A DNA stretch of 64,000 nt from positions 111,630 through 175,629 of the forward strand of contig MNCI01001443.1 of the NCBI GenBank assembly GCA_015680685.1, read 5' to 3'. Both the position numbers and the translations under genes were made by a program. Below are positions 1-9,783 of the stretch, piece after piece. Source of the DNA: Gnetum montanum (lineage: Eukaryota; Plantae; Gnetophyta). Below the pieces are notes generated by a model. The model saw nothing but the letters and a program-made list of their open reading frames with translations. It had not been told where the DNA came from and searched no databases. How positions within the stretch are numbered: the first letter of the stretch is position 1; every line of letters starts with the position of its first letter.

Positions 1-3000
1 AACCCTTCAAACCGATCATAGTTGAAGAAGTTCTGGTTGAACTCCCACAGTTCCCACTACCATACCGACCTAGTAGGTTGAGCAATAAGTGCTGCTACAT
101 GTTTGATGCCTTTGCAAAGTTTGAATTTCCTACATCTTTGTGCTAAATGTTTTGTGAACCTATTGAAGGGGCGAAGAAGCCTAAGGAGGTGAAGGTGGTA
201 ACCACCAAGACACAGGGAGTGAACGTCTACTTCAAGTATGGAGAAGTAGAGAAGAGCCAATGCTAGTTGAACGTTGGGGCTTCGGACACTCTACTCCATA
301 ACATCGAGAAGGTAGGGCTCATGGATCTATTCCTAGCCTCAAATATGAACATTCCCATGGCTGAGATGCTCACCTTGGTCATGTCCTTCTCCAACAAGGT
401 GGGCCATTTTCTCTTGCACATGCATGACATGCAGGTGGTCATTGACATTAATGACCAGCTATTCATGGATTTTTTCGGCGTCCCCACTGAATGCATTGCG
501 GTAGGGTGAAAATCCAAGATGGAGTTGAACCCTGAGAAGTAGGACCTCTAGGAGTGGCTAGGGCTCATCAAGGAGTAGAAGGAGCTCCCCATGAAAAATC
601 TCAAGGAAGGACCCATCAAGGAGTTCTACCCTATTTTTTGTGCTCATGCATTCCCCCAACTGCTTACCCAGGGAAAGGTCTTGGGGCTTGAGCAAGCCTG
701 GATAATGCGTGAGGTCATGGAGGAGGGGACTCGCTACAACTGGGCCAAGTCCCTATACAAAGGCTTGTGGGTTGAGATCCTGGGGCACTATGTGAAAACG
801 GAGGCCCATTCCAATGTCCACTACGCCTTTTATATAGGCTAAGCGCTTCGCGAAGTTTTTGGTGGTTCGCGGAAGAGGAAATTGGGTCTTGCAAGATTGT
901 GACTGGATTTCCAAACCCTGGATTCACCAAGTCTTCTAGACCATTCAAGCCCAGGATCCTCCAGAAGTAGTTGGGAAGTCATTTTCTATAGAGACTATGG
1001 ATTGGGTGGCCCACAACGTTTGCAAACAGGATAGTGTAGGAGAGATGTTCCCCCTTGTGGATGGTAGCGTATCTCGAGGTAAGTGTTTCATAGCTGAAAT
1101 AGTTGCCAACACATTATAGAAGAAGAGGCCTCCCCCAACCCTTCACGTGGAGGAGGAGGAGGGACGCAGACTATAGCTTAAACTGCACAGGATGCAATCT
1201 CCTATTGGTAAGTGCTTTCATTCAGTGTTTTTTTTGTTGTGGTCTACTACACTATGCTACGCTAGATGGTCTAGCGTAGTGTAGCATTTGATCTAGGCTA
1301 CTTACTTTGAACTAATGCCAATGTGTCTACCTATCAGAAGAGAGAGAAGAAGAAGAAGCAGGCGACCAAGAGGTGTCGGCTCCCAAGATGAGGGTGACAA
1401 ATAAGGACACGAAGGCTCTAGTTTTGGGGAGAGGAGCTCTGGTGGTGATGAATAAGGACATGGAGGCCCCAGTTTTGGGGAGAGGGGCTCTGGTCAAGAA
1501 GAAGGGAGCTCCTGTAGCTAAGGTAGGGGCCCTTGTCATTAGGGAGAATCCTCCTACTAAGGAGTCCCCCTTGAATAAACAAGACGTTGGTCTCCTCAAA
1601 GGAAAAGCACTAGCGCATGAAGAGGAGGTCCACAAGGACCTAGAAGGAACTTTTGGGTAGGCCTCCGCCATCATTTTGTGTCAGCTTGAAGAGAGACCAC
1701 CACCATAAGTTGGTGAGTTTGGAAATATGTCTACCTTATCATAGTCTATTTTGATCATTACTAATGTATTTAGTTATGCGAAAGATGCTACTGCTGATGC
1801 CACAGGACCCACTCTGGTTCACGCTGGGCCTTGGGCTGAAATCCCCAACAATTTCACATTTATGCAGGGGATTGTTAATGACATGATTAAACACCTTCAC
1901 CAGGTGGACCCTAAAGTGGGTAAGTAGTAGTGTTATCTTTTCTCGCATTACTATGCTAAAGTTTCTTTCATTTTCTACTTGTGTTACTCTAATGAAGCTA
2001 TTGTATTCTTCATGTCATGAAAGCTTCTCAACTCAAGTGGGACTCGACACGACCTTTGAAGGTCTGTGTTGTATCCACATTCCCATCGGAGGTGATGGAG
2101 GTGTCTCATGATGCGTATGACGAGCTCTGCAAATGCACTTTGCTCTCAGCATGCTCCTTGTGGTAGTGTAGGCATACTAACGAGGAGCTATGGAAACAAG
2201 CCCAGAAGGTAGATTAGAGGGAGGCTAACCTGAGGTCTGAGATGGAGGACCTCAAGTTGAGGAATGAGTTCCCCATGGCCTACAAAACTAATAACGAGGA
2301 CTGGTGCACCACGGTGGTAGACCACGCTAGGTTTTGGATGGTTACATGCTAGAACATCGAGACTACCCGCGAGGTGATAGAGTAGCGCATGTAGATAGAC
2401 CTGCTAGATCAGAGGTATCAAGATCTAAAATACCTCAACGCTAAGATTTTCGAATGGGGCTAGACCCAAAGAAACCACAAGCATATGTATAAATAGGAAA
2501 ATGCCACCCATCGCAAGTTATACGAAGAGGCCACTATGGAGGCATTTACGTATGAAGCATTCGTAAATGTCATTAACGCTTCTGAGGCTTACACTAGGTT
2601 CAAAGAGTAGGCCAAGGTGATGAAGGATCCTAACTCGAAGGTGACCCTTCCCACAGGAGAGGGTACAACCATCCCCTATGCTTCCGGGCCACCAAGGTCG
2701 ACACCGACCAAAAGGATGTGAGCTGCTGCAGCCAACCATGCACTAGATAGAAGGTGCTAGGTAGATATTATGGTAGAAGAGGTCTAGCATCATCTCAGGC
2801 TCGGTCTAGACTAGATACCCTTTGAGATGGACGCAGGACCTGCTTAGGTTAGTTGTGCTCTATTGTGTTAATGTTTATGCTCAGTTGTAGTTTGTGTTTG
2901 TTTTCCTAACTAACCACTTCACCCCTGTGATGCAGGCCCCAAGTGATGGCATAACACCCATAGAGGGAGGGAATGAAGAGCCGGCGAGGAACCAAGCAGT

Positions 3001-3070
3001 GGAAGACAATGCGAACAGAGATGATGTAGGCATGAATGGCGAAGATGATGCAAATAGAAACAACCCATGA
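1..3070 (+). pseudogene. Antisense multi-exon accessory gene of copy A (5' end off-window); globular domain, low-complexity linker, predicted coiled-coil, acidic tail
   Basis: ORF pieces 267-509, 591-842 and 1373-1660, plus GT-AG introns 1208-1337, 1713-~1773/1784, 1920-2023 and 2848-2935. Removing introns 1, 3 and 4 restores one reading frame ending APSDG...NRNNP* at 3070. Homologous in B, D, E and F. Confidence 0.8.
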
Positions 3071-3224
3071 TAGCATGGGATTTGAAATTTTGGATTTTGA
3101 GATTTTGTGCAACAAATTTTGCAAACATTGAAAGATAACAATTTTGAATAAACCAAGAAGATTTTGTGCAAACTTGTGTACTACATGCATGTGTTTTGTA
3201 TAGAATCTTCATGTTTTCATATGT

Positions 3225-3590
3225 TAGTTTTAGGCCATTTTGGGCCATTGTGTAATATGCCAAAGGGATGATGCGTTGACAACTTGAACAAATAGCTAAT
3301 TAGTGACTTGTGCTAGTTTTAGTCCATTTTGGGCCTTAGCGTAGCATTGCTAGTTGTAGGCCATTTCAGGCCATAGCGTGTCATTGCTAGTTTTAGGCCA
3401 TTTTGGGCCATCGGGTATCGTTAGTTTTAGGCCATTTCGGGCCATAGCGTAGCATTGCTAGTTTTAGGCCATTTCGGGCCATAGCATATCACTAGTTTTG
3501 GGCCATTTCGGGCCATAGCGTAGCATTGCTAATTTTAGGCCATTTCGTGCCATAGGGTATCGCTAATTTTAGGCCATTTCAAGCCATCAC
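3225..3590. repeat. Tandem array, ~32-37 bp unit GCTAGTTTTAGGCCATTTCGGGCCATAGCGTAGCATT
   Basis: About 8-9 visible units between the protease stop and the 3' end of the antisense gene. Confidence 0.9.
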
Positions 3591-3634
3591 GTTGAAGCAT
3601 ATGAGCAGTGTGTGGGTAGGAAGCAGTGGGGTTA

Positions 3635-6600
3635 CTATGCTAGGCAAAGCTGCTTCTTGACCCGACGCGAGTTGAATGAGACGTAAGGCCAAGACGCTAT
3701 GCTAGGGCCTTTGTTTGTGTCATCGCCTCCCACTTGGAAGGGAAACTCAGCCCATGCATTTTTGTTTAGGGGATCAACTTGCGAAGCTGACCCCTCTATT
3801 GAGTAGGCAGTGTAGGTTGCAACAGGTGCTTCATTCTTAGGAGTTATGAATTCTGAGGCTTCTTCCACACCTACATTGTGGATCACTTGCATCGCTACCT
3901 CATCACTATGAATCATCACTTCTCTACCTACGTAAGGCAGGTGGATCTCTTCGTGTATGGATGAGGCGACAACCCTAAGTTGTGCTAACCACAACCTCCC
4001 CAAGATTAGGTTAAACCCTGTCATTTCCTTGACCAAAATGAACATTACGTCTATGGGGAATTGATCCCCTACTACAAAGTTTATGTGAATAGTGCCATTT
4101 ATCATGACTCGCACCCCATTGAACAACCTTAGGCATGCCGTCATTGTGGGCTTGATCTGGTTGACCAAGCCCAACTTGTCTACAATGGGGAAGGGGATGA
4201 CATTCGTGGCTGCCCCTTCATCAACATGTACCCTTCGGACCTAGTGTTAACTAACCTGAATTATGATGAATAGAGGTGATGTGGTCACCTGACCCTTCTC
4301 AGGGTCCTCCCTAATGGTGTCTTCATGAAAAGTTAGCTAAGGTTGTTCTGAACCTGTAGGCATGGAGGGAAGCATGATTGAGTAAATTGCTTCCTCATTT
4401 GCTGGCCTGTCTTCATTGACCAGAGTCACTATCAACATGTGGATCAGAGCTTCGCGGTGCAGAGTAGATGTCATGATCAGGTCGTACAAGCTCAAGGTAG
4501 TGTTTTTTTTATTTTAGTGCTTGCTTAACCTGAGTGAGGGTGTCCAAGAGGTCTTGGCCACCACCTAGTTTGATGCCTTCCTCCTCTTCTATCCATCCCA
4601 AAAGATGAATTTTTCGAGGAGAAGCGACTTCAGATCTGGGCTCAAATCGTTGTTGGCATAATGATGCAGACTGCATGGTCATTTTGACCTCTGTTCTTGG
4701 CACAAATGCAGGGAGTGAAGATGTAGGCTTGGGAGTACCTGAGACAGTACCTCCCTTATATGTCTTGCATGCGAAGTGGACTTATCACCTTGTGGGGTGA
4801 GAAGGCGGCTCAGCTATTTCGCACAAGGTAGGGGTAGTCGAGGACATCGGCCCCCTAATGAAAAATGGAAGTAGAGGTGTTAGCGGGCAGGACCGCATGG
4901 CCCCATCGATAAGTGGCATAAAAGTGGATGCCTGTGAAGGGACTCTCAGGACTAAATGTTGTTGCGAGCTTTGATTAGCCACTTGTGATACTGGTGCACT
5001 GTGTTGAGGCACATGGACCACGAATGGCTGTTGGGGTGGCCTAGGATCACTATCAATGCCGATGGTGTTGATTACATGGCCGACATTATTGGCATTGAGG
5101 GGTTCTTTGTAGACATACATAGATTAGTTTTTAGGGTGTACTGGGTTGCTTTAGTCTAGCACTAGTTTCCCTTGGTTGATTAGTCTCTGGATGTCGTCCT
5201 ACAATGCCAAGCAGTAATCTGTGTTGTGGCCACACTGTTGGTGGTAGTCGTAAAACCTGTCTAGCCTGAAACTCCTAGGAACTAGAGGCTCGTTGGGTAG
5301 GGCCAAAGAGGGGTTCCTAAGGAGCTCGCAGTAGCATTGATGTTTCTTGGCTACGTCTTCCAACATCTGTTTGTGTCGAATGTATCCCATTGCTAGTAGT
5401 TTCTTCAGAAGTTCTAAAGGATTAAGAGGTAGCAAGGAGTACTTTGAGCGGTATTTGTGCTCAAAGTTGGGCTTGGGTTGTGCATATGCCTCAAGTGTAG
5501 GCATAGTAGGTTGTGACGCTTGGTCCTGTTTGGATGCAGGGTTAGCTGGAGGTGTGGCTAGTTTCTTGCTGATCTTGCTACTGTTGTTGCTACGTTTGGG
5601 CTTGGCCTCGGCTACCACAGCAGCCACTATGGTTGTTGGGGCTTTACCCTTTTCCTTGTTTGTGAAGGTTTTCTTGTAAGTGATGTAGGTCGGGTCTTTG
5701 CTTGCCTTGGCCACATCTTATATGCTCTTAGTCTGGGTGAAAGCCTGACTAAGAGAGCAAGGAGCAAGGTAGTACAGTTTGGACTTAATGAAGTCATTCA
5801 TTGCACCGTTAAATATAGCCATTAGGTGGGCCTCTGCAATCGACTCATGAATCTTGTTAAGGGTTAAGCTCCAACGTTGGATGAACTTTTGGACTAGCTC
5901 TAGGAGGTCTTGCTTCACACTCATCAACTAGTCTAGCATGGTTTCTAGCTTCCATTTGTACTTGAAGCACATCATGAATCGGGTCAACAGCTCTTTCAAA
6001 GTTTCAATTGATGAGTGTGGCAATGCACGATACCAATCCAAGGCTTTCCCAACTAGGGACATTGCAAAAACATGAATGATCATGTGTAGCCATTGCTGTA
6101 GTAGTAGAGACTCAGACATAAAAGTGACAATATATGCATTGGGATCTCCCTCCCCATTATATTTGATGAAGTGTGGGAGAGACATCCCTGGGGGTAATGT
6201 TAGTGTAGGGATTGCAGGGCTGATAGGGTCATCCTGGTAAAAGTCCATGACTTGTACAGTGTTAGACCCAACAGCTTTGAGGCATTTTATTTCCTTAGTG
6301 AGGGTCTAGATGAGCTAGAATGCTTAGTCCAGACCTGGAAACATTGTATATGGTTGGGGCATTGTGGAGGCTATGCCCGCATGTGGTATGGCGGGGGTGT
6401 AGGTATGACCCATTGACAGTACCGTTGGGACGACCCCCACGAGTGGTGCCTCTTTTGTTGTCCACCACCCAGAAGGTGGTGTTGTTAAGGCAGTGACCAT
6501 AGGTTGGGCTACCAGATAGACTTCTTTTGTCACTAACAGTGTAGACCATAGCCCTATGTTAGGCTATGCCAACTACGAGGCTTGGTGTATCTAAGAGCGC

Positions 6601-7475
6601 ACGTAGTGAGACATCTACGATGGTTGTGAAGTAGGTAAAGAAGCAAATGGGGCCGACCATGTGGATGGGTCAAGGCCTGCCAAAGTCGGTGGAACAAACG
6701 TGAATGTAGGAATAGAGACAGAAGTCGTGTATGTTTGTGAAGTTGGTACGGTATGCACATGTGGCAAGGTAGCCATAATTGGTGTGTTATGTGCCATAGG
6801 AATAGACTGCTGAATAGCCTGACAAGGGATAGTAGCTACAAATGGAACAGGAAAAATAGGTGAAAGCGGGCATTGAAATGTCATGGGATTGATGTGGCTA
6901 CCCATAGCAGCTGTAATCGTGGGTTGCGGAAGTGTAGGTGTAATTACAAAGGGAGCAGTAATAGATGATGGTTTGGCCCAGAAGGACAAGGTAGGAGGGA
7001 TAGGAGTATGATCGGTTGGACCTCCATCATCTGATTGAGAATCGAGTTCCTCTTGTTTGTCCTAGAAAGTGTCATCTTCGTTGGACACTATGTCCTGTTG
7101 CTCCCTAAGCCTGGCCAACTAGATTAGTTGGTCCAAAAGCCTTTGGTACGCTTTTGTTAAAGGTAAAGAAATTCCGGGAGTAGGAACAAATTCCTTCCCA
7201 TTGCAGTAAGCGAACTTGAAGCTATGCTTGTCCTTGAGTTCATGTACATCCAAGGGCAGATTGGCCTGCACCTTTGCATAGAGGAAATTGTAACGCTCAT
7301 GTTGCTGGGCCAATACCGTAGGTCCTTACTTTTGGATTCTGAGAGATTGGTGCATTTCCAACATCAGGTTCAGTGGTTGTTCGGCACCAGTAGTGCCTTG
7401 AACCATGATAGGAACTTCAACATTGAAGGAAAGTTCCATGTTGAAGGCATTGGCAGCAGTAGTTGAAAAAGCCAT
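3635..7475 (-). pseudogene. gag: gag-protease of copy A
   Basis: ORFs 7326-7583, 7119-7313, 6615-6989, 6324-6533, 5928-6248, 5718-5927, 5199-5714, 4785-5120 and 4509-4703 share one frame. Retrotransposon Gag core (YNGEGDP...SLVGKALDWY), Tat-type knuckle YDYHQQCGHNTDYC, protease RVHVDEGAATNVI...FNLILGRLWL. Confidence 0.9.
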
Positions 7476-7564
7476 TGCAAGCTGAGTAGTTTTGCAAAAG
7501 AGTGAAAAAATGAAAAAAGAACAAAGATATTGAAAAGAAACCAAAAAGAAAAGAGAAGGCTTTA

Positions 7565-8040
7565 CATCTTGCCGGATTCCCAAGGAACCGTCGAGATGAC
7601 CGATCTACAACATACAAGGTGTAAACAACCATGAAAGGATTTCATGTTTATGCCAATGTGCAATGAGGTACAGAGAACATGAAAGGCCACCGTAAGACAG
7701 GTTTAGGTAACTGGTAAAGGCTTTGGATCTTGCAGGGTCCCCGAGGGATCATCGAAGAGGCTGATCTATACCATGCATGATGGGGTATAGAACGCACGCA
7801 AGACCATGAGGCGAGCAAGTTAACTAATGAACAAGTAGGCTTTATGTTTCACGGGGCTCCAGAGGAACCATCTATGTGATTGACCTATACTACACATGAT
7901 GGGGTTTTGAACACACGCAAGACTACTGTAAAAAGGCTAGTTATCTGGAAATCAGATGCCTTGTGTTTTGTAGGGCTCCCAAGGAACTGTCAAAGCGACT
8001 GATCTGCACCACACAAAGTGAAAAAAACTGCAAAAGGATG
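7565..8040. repeat. Four degenerate ~120-160 bp repeats in the 5' UTR of copy A
   Basis: Core GGG(C/T)TCCCAAGGAACCRTC...GATCTRCACCA recurs near 7575, 7733, 7853 and 7972. Confidence 0.7.
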
Positions 8041-8117
8041 TCACATTTATGCTTATGTGTATTAGGATGCAGAAGGCTCACATAACTACTGTGACATGGG
8101 GAAAAGGCACCAAAAGG

Positions 8118-8134
8118 CCCTCCTTCTAGTGCAA
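8118..8134 (-). other. Primer binding site (tRNA-Asn), copy A
   Basis: + strand CCCTCCTTCTAGTGCAA resembles the plant tRNA-Asn 3' end CCCTCCTTCTAGCGCCA and is adjacent to the LTR. Confidence 0.8.
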
Positions 8135-8140
8135 GAAAAC

Positions 8141-9765
8141 TATAGTGACCAAAAATGTCGGTGGTTGGATAATACCGAGGGGTCAGTGGTCATGATAGTC
8201 TTGACCCCATACTTGTGGGAGGGTCATGCTAGGTGTGTGTGCGGATACGGGGCACCCTTAATGGTCTTTTCGATCAGACAGGGACTTAATCGGCATCTAT
8301 ATAGCCTTTTACAACATATAATTTAAAAAAAGGGGTGAAAATGCGAAGTGATGCTTGAAAGTAAATAAATTAGGAAACAATACAACACATGAGAATAAGC
8401 AAGAAATAAAGTAAAATAAAGTTAGAAAAATGCACCACTCCGAAGCCACAAGTTTGCCCTGTCAGGGTGGATATGATCGGTTGCACAACATGCAGAGATT
8501 CCAAGAGTAACCAGGACATGTAGAGCAAAGAAGGTTATGCGCTTGGGTGTAGACTCAGGCACTAAAAATGTATGGATTCTACCAAGGTAGTAGAAGTGGG
8601 ATAGAACAAAATGTTAGCTTGGAATGCTAACTATTTATAGTGTCAAACAGAAAGCTTACAATGCTGGATGCTGCAACGTGCTAGGAGAAGAACTTGATTC
8701 ACCAAGGAGAGGAGAAGTAGGACACTTGGCAAAAATTTGAACTGAACTGAATTCAACTGGAACTAGAGAGAGTCTTTGAGTGTTGGTTGTTAGGGTATTT
8801 ATAGGACCAAGGACATGCAAAATGGGTAGTTTGGATGCCACATGCCCTGGGAATTCATTGACTTGCTTGTGCTGCACGTGCCAGTATGACCGTTGGACAT
8901 GCATGACCATTGTAACTGTGAATCTGCAATACCATAACTATGAGCCTGTCATGCCATAATTGCTCCATCAGCGTCTAGAGACGTGTGCCAATGGTTCAAT
9001 TAGGTGAAGTGCATTGATGTCGCACAACCACCCACATGCCTTGTTGTGTGTCGTGGCATAGCATGTTCAGCGTAGCATAGCATGTTGTCCTGCATTTCGC
9101 TACACATGTGCTACTTGCTTGCTATGCTATGTAGCATAGCATCTGGCCTTAGTCGCAAAAACTTGGCCAATCTGCAAACCTTGTTTCCTGCACTAGGGAA
9201 CTTGCAACCTTGCTGGTCTCATCCATTGAGCTACCTTTTGTCTCTTCTGTAGGATTGTTACACCTTGTTGTGCCATGTAGCTCAGCATAGCGTAGCAGTA
9301 GACGTGGTCCATCGCTTCTTAACAGAAAGGGACATTGTTGAAGGACTTAGAGTTGGGCCATGAAACTGGTTGTGTAGTTGTTGCTAAGCTACGCTACGCT
9401 ATGTAGCGTAGCGTAGCATGACACTTCACTTTGCAAATGTTTTTTGAAGCTTCGTATGCTACATAGCGGGGCGTAGCGTAGCATAGCAGACTTTGTGCCT
9501 TAGAAAACTTGTCAAACTATTTTGCACATCGAAAATGCTGCTACCAACTCTGCACATTGTTTCTGAGTAGGCTGTCAACTGGGAAGACTACTTGGGTGGA
9601 CAGGTAGCATGATCTCTAGAGCCTATTCATGCCCAAAGTAGAAAATTTGCTGAATTGGCTGGCCTGAACTCAGAGCGTTCTCCTCCTGAAGCACTATCGT
9701 AACACTACGCGAATTGTAATGCCTGGTGAAGCAAGGATGACCTCACATTTTTTTGGGGTGTTTCA
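8141..9765 (-). repeat. 5' LTR of copy A
   Basis: Minus-strand start TGAAACACCCC, end TA (decayed CA) next to the PBS. Minus-strand TATA-like CTATAAATA near 8632 and 8797. CTACGCT/AGCGTAG palindromes. Confidence 0.85.
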
Positions 9766-9783
9766 CTTGCAAAGAAGACTATG

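Larger units (their letters stand above)
1..9765 (-). mobile_element. Tat-lineage Ty3/Gypsy LTR retrotransposon copy A (5' part; continues off the left edge)
   Basis: 5' LTR 8141-9765, tRNA-Asn PBS 8118-8134, gag-pro 7475-3635, tandem array, antisense gene 1-3070. Least decayed copy (retains the most CG sites). Its LTR abuts copy B 18 bp after B's integrase stop. Confidence 0.9.

Noticed and set aside
3225-3590. CRISPR-like regularly spaced repeats
   Set aside because: No unique spacers, no cas genes, eukaryotic retroelement context. These are ordinary tandem repeats.
5347-5679. Plus-strand ORF with an apparent transmembrane segment (env-like)
   Set aside because: It is the antisense shadow of a Lys/Ser/Asn-rich part of gag and is not conserved as an ORF across copies.
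8141-9765. 3' LTR of copy B
   Set aside because: It does not resemble B's 5' LTR internally, has no PPT or 3' UTR before it, and is followed by its own PBS and gag. It is A's 5' LTR.
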